Shown here in pieces: positions 33,821-43,644 of a stretch of DNA of 64,000 nucleotides. This stretch comes from Caecitellus pseudoparvulus (taxonomy: Eukaryota > Protista > Bigyra: Bicosoecida). The DNA lies in assembly GCA_965644315.1 (NCBI GenBank), contig CBFFRQ010000076.1:62001-126000 (forward strand), in the 5' to 3' direction. Each line of letters starts with the position of its first letter. The first letter of the stretch is position 1. The translations under genes and the position numbers were made by a program. Below the pieces are notes generated by a model, which was not told the DNA's origin, did not search any database, and was given only the letters and a program-made list of their open reading frames with translations.

Positions 33821-35643
33821 CTAGAAGCTGCCTGACACGCCCACGTAGGCTAGGATGGCGTAGTACGCAGAGGTGCCGAGCGTGAACACCTGCGCGAGCA
33901 GGGGACCAGTGATGATGACGCCGCCCAGCGTGACAAACATGCTTGGCCCGCCCTCCACGCCTGTGAGCTGGTACAGGTGCCAGCGCAGGTCAGACACCGC
34001 GGCAGCGTCCAGACGCTCCTCTTCCTTTGCTTCCACCTGGCTGGCTTGCGCAGCAGCCTGGACACGGCGACGGCGCAACGTGACTGGGTCAGCCCATAGC
34101 CCGCCTTCGCTCGTGGGCGTCCACTCCCAAGCCTCCATGCTGGGCAGCAGGCGAAGCGCAGCCCCTTGCAGCGAGCCAACTTCCGCGTTCACCAGCACCG
34201 CGTACAGCATCAGGCACAGCGCCTCCACGGCACACTTGACAGCGAGAAGGATGAAAAAGCCACGCGTGGCAAGGCGTCCAGATTGCTCCGTGGACAGCAG
34301 TGCGCTGTCGGGCAGCACCAGCCCCACGGCGTACGTCAGCACGAGCAACGCATCCATGCCCGTCACTGCCAGCACGACGGTGCCCAGGGTCCATGACCAA
34401 GACTCCATGATGGCGACGAGCCTGGTGGTGGCGGCACGCACACGGTCGCAACGCTCCGGAACTGGCAGGCGGCTGTCCAGCATGAGCAGTTTCAAGGCTT
34501 GCACTTGGCGTGCAACGTACAGACAGGCCGCCCCCCACATGATTTGCACCGCCAGATTCGCACCACCCTGCTGCGTGATGACGGAGATGAGTTCCAGAAT
34601 GACAGAGGCAAAGTGCACATTGCCAATGGCGAATTCCCAGACCTTGCCCCCGGCCGCGACGAGCAGCTGCAGCCCTGACGCGAGGCAGCCCAGAATGAGC
34701 ACGCCGGCCCATGCCCACTCGCAGAGGACAATGTTCACGCCCCCAGGGCGCAGCAGGGTCCCTTCCTCATGAGGGATACGGGAGGTGGAAACGTCTTCCG
34801 AACTGTGGTGGGGCATGAGTGGGCTGCGGAAGCTGCCAGTGCTTGTGCGCGGGGAGGCCGTGGTGCTGGCTTGTGCCGCGTTCGTGGCTCCGATCCACTC
34901 GTCCACTGCGAACACACCCGGAACAGCCCAGCGCGGGACCCGAGCCACACAGCACTGCTGGGCACAGTACCCATCTCTGCCGCAGCAAGACCTCGCCCAC
35001 CGCGACCGCCACTTGCGCGTGAACATTCCTCGAGGCACAGACTCTGGCCGGGTGGCTGACTGGCTGTGCTGCACCCACTCGGCTGCAACCAAGGTGAGGG
35101 TGAAGGTGGTGATGCCAGAGACGAAGACGTTCAGGATCAAAGCTGCGGAGGGTGGGCGTTCGGGGGGGCGTTGTGCTGGGAGCACAGGCGGGTGCAGCAC
35201 TGCGCTCTGGCACCTGCAGCTTGCAGCTGGTCGAAGCTGGCCGACTTCGCTGCGCTGAAGGCGAAGAGGACGTTGGAGACGACAGCTGAGAGAATGGTCA
35301 GGGCAGGGAGCCCGATGGCGACGCTCCAGCGCACGGCAGGGCTGCCGCAGCCATTGCAGGTGTGCACGACAGCGCCCCCACAAATGGAGAGGGTTTCAGC
35401 ACCGCCAAGGAAGGTTGAGCCAGGCCCCGACACGTGCGAGTCGAAGGAGTGCGGGGGCGACGTCAGCGTATCGATCAGCGGGACACACGGCGATGAAGTT
35501 GGACGTGCCACCTGCACCACTTCAGGCCCTCCCCGAGCTGCACTATCAGAAGTGGGGTGGGCTGAAGGCTTGGCTTGGGTGTCGATTTCCGCAGCTCGAC
35601 CACTTGGTCCAGCCTCCGCGCCGCCTGGCTGTGACGAGCTCAT
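33821..35643 (-). CDS. Seven-TM membrane protein, gustatory-receptor-like / 7TMIC candidate (~583 aa); complement(join(33821..35142,35214..35643))
   Basis: Intron 35143..35213 (GTGCCA...CGCAG, phase 1) joins two ORFs. About seven hydrophobic helices and no signal peptide. The C-terminal VTLGGVIITGPLLAQVFTLGTSAYYAIL resembles the GR TM7 signature. Confidence 0.6.
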
Positions 35644-35989
35644 GGTGCTTGAAAGGGGAAAGCATAGATTCCACAACAGCGGGCAAGAATGAGTCGGTGA
35701 GTCGCTTTTAGGTGACTGCAATGGGTGGCGGGCTTGTTTGTCTCGGGGGGGCCTTGCGAAGCATGGGTGCGCGGCACGTGGCGCACAGCGAGCATTTCCC
35801 GGATTGGGACACTTTGGAACATTCCAGTTATGTTCATGGGCGCGGACACACACGCTCTGTCGGCTTCATTGGCGGCACAGCAAGCGGAGCTGCATGGGGC
35901 GCGTTTCGCTTGCCGTTTCATGCACACCCTCGCTTTGAACGGCAGCGGGCCAGCACAAGCGTGAGAGCCGCAGGGGGCGCCCGATACAC

Positions 35990-38900
35990 ATGGAAGATAC
36001 GTCAGTACAATCACTCCTATGTGGCCTGGTGGGCCCGCGGAGACGCCGGACGCGCCACTGGCTGGATAAAGGCCCACGGCGCATGCCAGCGCGAGGGTTG
36101 CGAGCCTTCGACACGCTGCTGTTTCACTCGGGCAGCAGCGCTGAGGAAGGCAGGGCAACGACACTCCCTGCACTGCACGTTTCAGCGCAAACGTCGACAG
36201 TCGCGCCGCCCCTGCCTGCGCCGGCCCCTTCAGGGCGTGAGGCGGCTGTGTGGCATGGCTTGACCCGGCACGGCGAGACAGGGGGTGGCAGGGTGGCGGA
36301 CCTGTGGGATGCCCTGGCGCCCAGGCACGCCGCTGCGCTCCAGGTGCTCGCCGCTCTGCGAGGCACGGGCTCGGGCGCCGCCCACACGCCAGAGGCTGGG
36401 CTGCCGCAGTCCCTTCATCTGCGGATCACTGCACCGCCGACGCCACCGGTAGCCGTATCCAGCGGGCCAGCCTTGCCCAAGGCTCTGCAACTGACTGCCA
36501 CGAAGGGCAAGGAGGCAGCGCCATCGTCTCTATTCAGTGCAGTTGCCCATGTGCCCCCCCTGAGAGCCCCTGGCACTGGGGGCCTGCCGGCTTCGTTGAA
36601 GTTGACGTTGGGACCCAGCATGCTGCAGCCTGAGGGAGGGCTGCCCCCCAGCGCGACAGCATTGGTGGATGCCGCGACGCAAGCACATGCCATGAGCCTG
36701 CGATCTCACCGGGCACTCACTGGGCCAGGGGCCAGGCGAAAGGCGGGGAGGTTGCCTGGCACGGAGCATGCAAGTCGCACGCACACACGCCCCTTCGCGT
36801 CAAACCCCTCCACCCAACAAGGGAGGCGTGGCTCGGGACAGCCGCGAAAACGTGCTGATTCGCTCATAGCGCTCCTGCAGAGCATTGTGAGGGGCATTCT
36901 GGGCGACCCACTGCCGACAACGGCGCACTCGCACACCGCACTACTGCGGGCAGCGGTCACGGCCCGGCGGCAGCTGCAGAGCCTGCGCTCCCTGAGCAGT
37001 CCACTGGGGGAGACACCGCTGACCAGCCTTCGTTCTGAAGAAACGCCGCCCCCCGCCTTGTTGTGTCTGGCTCACCGCAGCGCTGTTGAGTGCCTGCTGC
37101 ACCGGCGCGATGCCATCTGGCGCCAGCTGGTGAGTCTGAGCGAGGCTCTGCGCAGTGGCAGGCGCGCTAGACCCGCTTCAATGCGGAATTGCATCCTTGC
37201 AATCCGGACACTGTGCTCTGCCATCGATCAGCTGCACTGGGCAGCCACGGTGGCCTTGGGCTGGGCGTCTGAGCAGTCCGCGCGCAGAACCGCCTCGCCT
37301 TGGCAGCTGCTGCTCAGCGCCACGCCCTTGTCCATGGCGGCTGTCCATGCAGGCTCACTTGCTTCTGCAAGTGAATCTGCCCTTCTGCAGGTGTGGCGCA
37401 CAGTGGTGCAGTGTGCACTGGGCGCCCTGGGAGATGCCGTGACACATCCTGCCACGACTTTCGCCTGTGAAGCGGCCGAGGCGGCGTGTGCGCTGCTGCA
37501 TGCTGTGGAATGCGGTGTGCAGGGAACACGCAACCCTTTGGCCCAGCGGGCGAGCGGACGGGTGGTCCTGGAGCGTTTCAGGCACTGTGTGCAGTGTGCC
37601 GACCGGCGACTGGAAGTGCAGCCGCAGCACACAGAGGCGGCACCCTGGCTCTCACAGAGCATCGTGAACCACCCGTTAGTACGCACAGCAGCGAGTGTGC
37701 GGTGGCTGCGCCTGTGCGGGGACATTTGGCCGACGCTGTTGGAGACGCTGTCAGCAGCGTCGGCCGCACTGCCCCCCTCGTCGCACCCCTTCCTTGCCCT
37801 GCAGGATACAGTGGCTGGCGCCTTTCAGAGCTCACTGCGTGTGGTGCTGTGGCGCCAGCACATCGTGGATGCATGTGCAGCACACGTGCTGGCGGCGTTT
37901 GGAGTGGAGGTGCAGGTGGAGGTGGATGAGAACGGTGCAGAGGAGGGGGGCAGCGGCAAGGCTGCAGTGGCAAGCGGCGATGACCATGACGCACTGCCGA
38001 TGTGGATCGGGGATGCGTCAGAGCCTGATGGCATTCGGTGGGACCCCGCGTGGGATGCACTTGAGAGCGCGTCAGTGCTGGGGGACGGCGTTGGAGCAGC
38101 GGGAGGCGGAGCGGCAGGAGTGGAGGACGACCGTGGCAGCGTCGTCACTCTCAGCGTGGCAGGGGCTTCCCAGCACAGTGGTGGAGCTGGGGGTGCAGCC
38201 AAGTCAGTCCTGTCCACTGCGTCCCGTTCCCGTGGCGGCCCTAGCAAGGGCGCGGCGGGATCTGTGATCACTCTCCGGTTGGCGGGCGGGGCGAGTGCCC
38301 GTGGCAGTGTGAGTGATGCTCTTACCGCCGTCACGGGCGGCGTGGCATCGCATGCTGGCTCCACGCTTAGTGTTTCCCGTGGCACTCAGCCTGGCATCTC
38401 GGACGCCGGCTCAGTCCTATCCGCTGCCGTGTCTCACTTTGACCTCGCCCCTGGCAGCAAGCCTGCTGGATTCAGCGGGTCAGTGGCAGGTGGGTACCGT
38501 GGTCTGCTGCCTCTGCACCATCGCCGCCCACCACGCCACCGCGGTGGACGACGGGGCAGTGGTGGCGATGGCAGCGCATCCACAGTCCTCGTGCCGCCCT
38601 CTGCCCGGCAGGCGGCATCTGTGCTCGGTCTGCCGACTGTGCCTGAGTATGGTACACCTGCCACGCCCCAGGCGCCATCCTCGCCTGCAGCGCCTGTGCA
38701 CGAGCCGGACGAAGAGGAAGGCGGGCAAGGAGTTGAGGAATACGCGCCTGCTCAGCCACGCTTTCAGAACTTGTGCGGGCCTCTGGGGGTTGGGGTGCCG
38801 ATTGACGGCGCAGTGTACGACGAGGATGGGTTGCTGCTGGGGGCCCACATCGGCTTGAGCGACGTGCTGGCGGGAGAAGGCACAGGTCGTGGCATGTTGC

Positions 38901-41572
38901 AGTACATTGTCGCAGTGGGCACGTCTGCTGCGAGCCTGGCCCACCCTCCACGGCTGCCTGTGTCGCACTTGGCTTGTGTGGCTGGCGCGCGGGCCCACGC
39001 AGCCATGCCGGACTTGGCAGAGCGTTGGCAGCAGCGCACGACGGCAGCAGCGGAAGGCATGACTGCCGCCTTGGACAGCCACCGGCGGCGCGTGGCCCAG
39101 CGACGTGCAGATGTGGCAGATGCTGCCCGTGCCGAGGCGATTCTGTCAGCAGGTCGCAAGTTCCGCCGGCAGGAGCTGCTGCTCGCTCAGAAGGATGAGC
39201 TCGCCCAGCGTGAGCAAGACCGGCGCAAGGCCGCCCTGGCTGCAGCACAGGGCGAGCAGGCTGCTCCCTCACGCGACATGGCGTCCCCCGCCTCGCCCCT
39301 GCACGTGGCGCCGCTGCCCAACCGAGGCGAGCTCTTTCGCGCCGCTCGGGCGGCACTGCTGGAGCAGTACGGCGGGCGGATCCAGGCACTTGGAGGAGGG
39401 GACGGAGAAATGTCTGCGACGCAGGTCGCGCTGGACGCCTTGCGACACCTGCGTGGCGCGTTCAGCGCTCCGGCGCTGCGCTCCCTGCTGGGGGGGGCGC
39501 AGGGTGGAGCGGGAGCAGAGGGCACTGCTGCCTCCGCCATTGCCTCAGAGCTTGTGCGCAGCAATGTGCAGGGTGGCGAGACAGCCACGGACGCAGGCAC
39601 AGCCGAAGCTGCTGCGACGAGCGTGTCTGTGCTGTTGGAGCTGCTGCCAGAGCTGTCAGCGCCAGTGCAAGCAGAAGTGTGTGCAAGCGGGGAGAGTTTT
39701 GCACCTCAGCGCATTCCTGACGATGCCCAGGGCTTGCTGCAGGCACTGGGACACACAGTTGTGCGCAGCAGCACCGTGGCTGTGCCCCACGCAGTGCGAG
39801 AAGAGCTTGCCGTAACCGCTGTGCAGTTTGCCGCGGCGGGTCGCGGTGCACCCCAAGCAGGGGGCGCAGGCTGGGGCACGTCATGGGGGGGGGGCACTTC
39901 CACGGCGCAAGACGCCTTGTACCCTGCAGAGGCACCAGGCACGCGCCTGGAGTCCCCTCCTGCCCACACAGGAGTCCGTGTGCTGGGAGATGGAGGTGGT
40001 GGCAGGGCGGGAGTGAAGTCTGACCTGCGCGACCTGCTCGAAGGCGCCGCTGGCCCACCATCCGGCCCAGCACGCCCCACAGTGCACCTCGTGCACGCAG
40101 CAGGAGCAGGGTCGGGGGGTGTCAGCACTCTGCAACGGCTGCTGTACGGGCCGCTCTTTGGCAGCGGGGCAAGTGCGCCGGCCAGCGACGGCTTTTCCTG
40201 GCCCGAGGCGGGGCTGGCGGAGGCATCAAGCATACGGCACGCTGCGCTGCAGGCCCCGCCTCCCCAGCTGCACCCCAGCCTTGCTCACGCACATGTCCCT
40301 GGGCTCCCATCCCTGCAGCTGCAGCCCTTGGAGCCCCGGGAGGTGGTGGCAACATCCACAGGCTCGGGCGCCGGAGCGCAGCCCGGCAGTGCACCGACCG
40401 ACCCCGTGCCACTGGTGTGGCAGGCAGGTGTGAACGCGGCCACCGCCGGGCTGCCAGGGTTTGCAGATGCGTTGCTGGCGTTCACTGCTGTGCATGTGTG
40501 CGACCTGCCCCGCACTGTTGCGCTGGTGTGGATGGCGACGTGTCAGTTGGACCCTGCCGGACTGGGCGGTGTGTGGGCAGGCCTGCTGCAGCCAGCAGCG
40601 GCACCCGCCACCCCAGAAGACGCCGCACGGACTCTGAATGCGGGGTTGGCGCTTGTTCGAGCGCCCCCGTCGCTCAGCGACCTGCTCCCGGAAGGCCAAT
40701 CCCTTGGTCGACTGCCGGGTGCCGCGCCAATTCCGCTGCACCTTGTGTATGTGACCAGCAGCAACGCAGGGGCAGCAGAGCACGCACTGGAGGGTGTGGT
40801 GCCCCGGGTGCGTGTGACAGGCACCAAGGACAGTCGGCTGGGGAGTGTGGCCTCCGTCTTGCGGGGCGTGCTGACTCCAGCTGTGCAGGCGGGGCTGGAC
40901 TGCCTGCACTTGTGGACTGTGCGCCTTGCACGGCATGTGGCGTGCTGGGAGGCGGCCTGGTCTGCCCTGCAGAGCCACCGACGCGGGGTGGCTGGCAATG
41001 CTACCGCCATGCTGGGGCACATGGTGCACGAGGTGGGCATCACACTGCGAGGAGTGGCGGGGTGGCTGCGAGGCGTGGTGGTGCAGGAGGGGTGCCTGCC
41101 ATGGCTGCAGGGGCTGGGTGGCGACCTGGCCAGTGGCGAGGGGGTGACTACATTTACGGGCCTGCGTGCCTTGCTGGCGCAGTGTGTGCAGAGCGCGCTC
41201 AGCAGCAGCCTGCTCGTGGCGCCGGGGTGGTCCGTAACCAGCCCGGGAGAGACAGCGATCCCGCCCTCCACAGCTGCGACACAACTTGCAGAGGTGTTGT
41301 CTGCAGGGGGCGAACTGTGTGCAAACGTGTCCACTTGGGCGGAGGCTCCGCAGGCACACGCGGCGGCAGAGTGTGCGCTCGCGTTTCGTGCGTTTCAGCA
41401 GCACCACCGGTCACTCCTGGCTGCCTTGCTCACCGCAGCAGGGCGGCGTGGTGGGGACCTTGGGGACCAGGCTCTCGCTGCAGCCGGCATAGGGCACGTG
41501 ACGGGCCTGTTGCAAGCTGTGGACTGGAACGGGCACTTTGCAAGACGGTACGGCCTGGGCGGGCCTGAGTGA
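35990..41572 (+). CDS. Gamma-tubulin complex component (Spc97/Spc98 family, GCP6-like), divergent, 1860 aa
   Basis: Single long ORF. C-terminal GRIP2-like helical pattern (VLTPAVQAGLDCLHLWTVRL...WLRGVVVQ...LRALLAQCV...SSLL) ending in LLQAVDWNGHF (cf. LLxrLDfNgfy). The large low-complexity insertion plus coiled coil fits GCP6. Confidence 0.6.
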   Translation: MEDTSVQSLLCGLVGPRRRRTRHWLDKGPRRMPARGLRAFDTLLFHSGSSAEEGRATTLPALHVSAQTSTVAPPLPAPAPSGREAAVWHGLTRHGETGGGRVADLWDALAPRHAAALQVLAALRGTGSGAAHTPEAGLPQSLHLRITAPPTPPVAVSSGPALPKALQLTATKGKEAAPSSLFSAVAHVPPLRAPGTGGLPASLKLTLGPSMLQPEGGLPPSATALVDAATQAHAMSLRSHRALTGPGARRKAGRLPGTEHASRTHTRPFASNPSTQQGRRGSGQPRKRADSLIALLQSIVRGILGDPLPTTAHSHTALLRAAVTARRQLQSLRSLSSPLGETPLTSLRSEETPPPALLCLAHRSAVECLLHRRDAIWRQLVSLSEALRSGRRARPASMRNCILAIRTLCSAIDQLHWAATVALGWASEQSARRTASPWQLLLSATPLSMAAVHAGSLASASESALLQVWRTVVQCALGALGDAVTHPATTFACEAAEAACALLHAVECGVQGTRNPLAQRASGRVVLERFRHCVQCADRRLEVQPQHTEAAPWLSQSIVNHPLVRTAASVRWLRLCGDIWPTLLETLSAASAALPPSSHPFLALQDTVAGAFQSSLRVVLWRQHIVDACAAHVLAAFGVEVQVEVDENGAEEGGSGKAAVASGDDHDALPMWIGDASEPDGIRWDPAWDALESASVLGDGVGAAGGGAAGVEDDRGSVVTLSVAGASQHSGGAGGAAKSVLSTASRSRGGPSKGAAGSVITLRLAGGASARGSVSDALTAVTGGVASHAGSTLSVSRGTQPGISDAGSVLSAAVSHFDLAPGSKPAGFSGSVAGGYRGLLPLHHRRPPRHRGGRRGSGGDGSASTVLVPPSARQAASVLGLPTVPEYGTPATPQAPSSPAAPVHEPDEEEGGQGVEEYAPAQPRFQNLCGPLGVGVPIDGAVYDEDGLLLGAHIGLSDVLAGEGTGRGMLQYIVAVGTSAASLAHPPRLPVSHLACVAGARAHAAMPDLAERWQQRTTAAAEGMTAALDSHRRRVAQRRADVADAARAEAILSAGRKFRRQELLLAQKDELAQREQDRRKAALAAAQGEQAAPSRDMASPASPLHVAPLPNRGELFRAARAALLEQYGGRIQALGGGDGEMSATQVALDALRHLRGAFSAPALRSLLGGAQGGAGAEGTAASAIASELVRSNVQGGETATDAGTAEAAATSVSVLLELLPELSAPVQAEVCASGESFAPQRIPDDAQGLLQALGHTVVRSSTVAVPHAVREELAVTAVQFAAAGRGAPQAGGAGWGTSWGGGTSTAQDALYPAEAPGTRLESPPAHTGVRVLGDGGGGRAGVKSDLRDLLEGAAGPPSGPARPTVHLVHAAGAGSGGVSTLQRLLYGPLFGSGASAPASDGFSWPEAGLAEASSIRHAALQAPPPQLHPSLAHAHVPGLPSLQLQPLEPREVVATSTGSGAGAQPGSAPTDPVPLVWQAGVNAATAGLPGFADALLAFTAVHVCDLPRTVALVWMATCQLDPAGLGGVWAGLLQPAAAPATPEDAARTLNAGLALVRAPPSLSDLLPEGQSLGRLPGAAPIPLHLVYVTSSNAGAAEHALEGVVPRVRVTGTKDSRLGSVASVLRGVLTPAVQAGLDCLHLWTVRLARHVACWEAAWSALQSHRRGVAGNATAMLGHMVHEVGITLRGVAGWLRGVVVQEGCLPWLQGLGGDLASGEGVTTFTGLRALLAQCVQSALSSSLLVAPGWSVTSPGETAIPPSTAATQLAEVLSAGGELCANVSTWAEAPQAHAAAECALAFRAFQQHHRSLLAALLTAAGRRGGDLGDQALAAAGIGHVTGLLQAVDWNGHFARRYGLGGPE

Positions 41573-41592
41573 GCGAGAGGCGCAATGCAGTG

Positions 41593-43237
41593 TCAAGGCG
41601 GAGGCCCCTGCACGCCACGTACACGGGGCGTGCCTGTGCCGCCTCGACTGCCCTGTTCTTCCAGGGGCAGCGGTTCGCCATCGCCGGCTTCCAGGTCGCC
41701 CAGGTGAACCTCACCAGGTGTGGCGGCGAGACCAGCCACGCCACCAGCCCCCGTGGCACAGTGGTCGGTGCCTGTGGCTCCATGCCGCTGAGAGGACAGC
41801 AGCGGTGACTCCTCCACGTCACCTTGACCCGCGGCACCGGGCCAGTGCCTGCGTGGGGCAGCGGCACCCTCGCCTGTGGGGCGCTGTGCCACGGGGCGGG
41901 GGGGCGGGGAGAGGCCCCAGCTGGCGGTGGAGGTGGACGCCGGAACACGGAACACTTGGATGCTGCCGCCCTCTGGGCGCGGGACGTGCCAGGTGGTGCC
42001 CCAGGTGAGGGAGGGCGAGGCGCCCCCCCCCTGTTCTCCCTCCTCCACCACCTCCTCGTCACTGTCTTCAGGCGGCGCTCGCCCGACGATAGTGGTTGGC
42101 AGCGCACCGGTGTCTTGGCCTGGCGCGGCGGCGGGGCGGGCCAGGAGCAGCGGCAGGCGCGTAGGGCGCCCCTCGCCCTCGGTCACAGGGGGCCGCCCCA
42201 CCACAGCGCGTGCCTCGTCCTCCCCCGCTGCCTCCCTGTCCGCCCCTCGAGCCAGGATGCCAGCGATGACGGCGGCGTCGGGGCCAGCCCACGTTTCCGG
42301 GTGGGCCCTGCAGAGGCAGGATGGGGGCAGGGAGCCAGCCGCCACGAGGGAAGGCAGGGACAGCAGCAGCAGGGCGGCAGTGGAGGAGGCGGCCCAGTAG
42401 CCAAGGTGCAGACCAGGCCAGTCTTGCAACGTGCTGAGAGCGAGCCCGGCCAGCATACCGCCCACGTGGCCGATGGGAGTGACGTCAGGCACACAAACTT
42501 GCCCAAGCAATGCAGACAGAAAGGGGAGCAGGAGCAATGCAATGACTGGCAGGTCCCTCTCGTCTGCGCTGGGCGCGACCTTGTCGACTGCCACCGATGT
42601 TGTGTTGGCTTGACTTGGCAAGTGTGCAGCAGGTGCCGGCTCCCCTGGGCTGGCCGGAAGCAGGGCGAAGACTACCACGACGGAGATGAGTGCACCAGTC
42701 ATGCCTGCATACACCTGGCGGTGAACTCTGCGAATGGGTGAGAGAGGAGGCGGGGTGGGAGTAGCTGGCGTTGCGTTGGCGTTTCACGCGGTGTGCCACG
42801 CCAGGGCACAGCACGCACACATGCGACCACCAGAGCTCCCTGGTGCCCACAGATGCTTGAATGGCGTACAGCAGCGCGGGGGCACAGATCTGTGGCGAAA
42901 CAAGTGGAGGGCGTGGGATGCGGGCTGCAGCACGTCACTCAGAGAGACGACGCACCGCTCCAAGGACAAGGTTCTGCAGAAGCCACACGGAGCCAAGGCT
43001 GGCTTCGATGAACGCAGCGGCAGCCCACAGCAAGACACCATTCAGAAGCAGGTGCCAGAGGGAGGCGTGGGCCAGAGGTGCCGCCAGCACTCGATGCACT
43101 TGGCGTTGGGCGATGACTTTGTGGTACGACACGCCGAAAGATGTGTACTCCCGCCGGACATTCCACAGGTGCAGACCCACGAAGAGCGTGACGAGGAAGA
43201 GGACGAGGCTTGCCGGTGCGGCGGTGAGGCCAGCCAT
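41593..43237 (-). CDS. Rhomboid-family intramembrane protein (RHBDD1/RBL-like), 3 exons
   Basis: QVHRVLAAPLAHASLWHLLLNG (HxxxxHxxxN), IEASLGS, YAGMTGAL at the GxSG position and GHVGGMLAG. Introns 42890..42955 and ~42715/42728..42818/42820. Confidence 0.8.
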
Positions 43238-43644
43238 GCTGCGCTTGGGGCCACGTTGTGTGCGGCTCCCCGCGCAAGGTGTGCTGCAGTTCCCTGCAAC
43301 TTCCGCACTCTGCCTGCCTGCCGGTGTGAGCCTGCCTCAGCCGAGTCGAGGCGCTGCAAGGCCCCACAAATGGATCTGGCAGGAGCATTGGTGTGGTATT
43401 TTAGTGCTGCAAGGATTGTTTGCTCCCTCGCAAGCTGTCTACGTCCTGTGGCAGCTGCGGCAGCTTCGCACAGCAGCTCAGCCTTTACAGTCGTCGCCAG
43501 CCACCAAAACCTGCCGGCGGTGGCACCATTGGCCTGTGATCCTTCAAGAAGATTCTTTATGTGCAGGTCTGACAGATCAAAACCCCGTCAGGTCCCGTTT
43601 CAGCGCGCAGCAGTGGCCTGTGGCGCGTCGCCAGCGTTGCGAAG

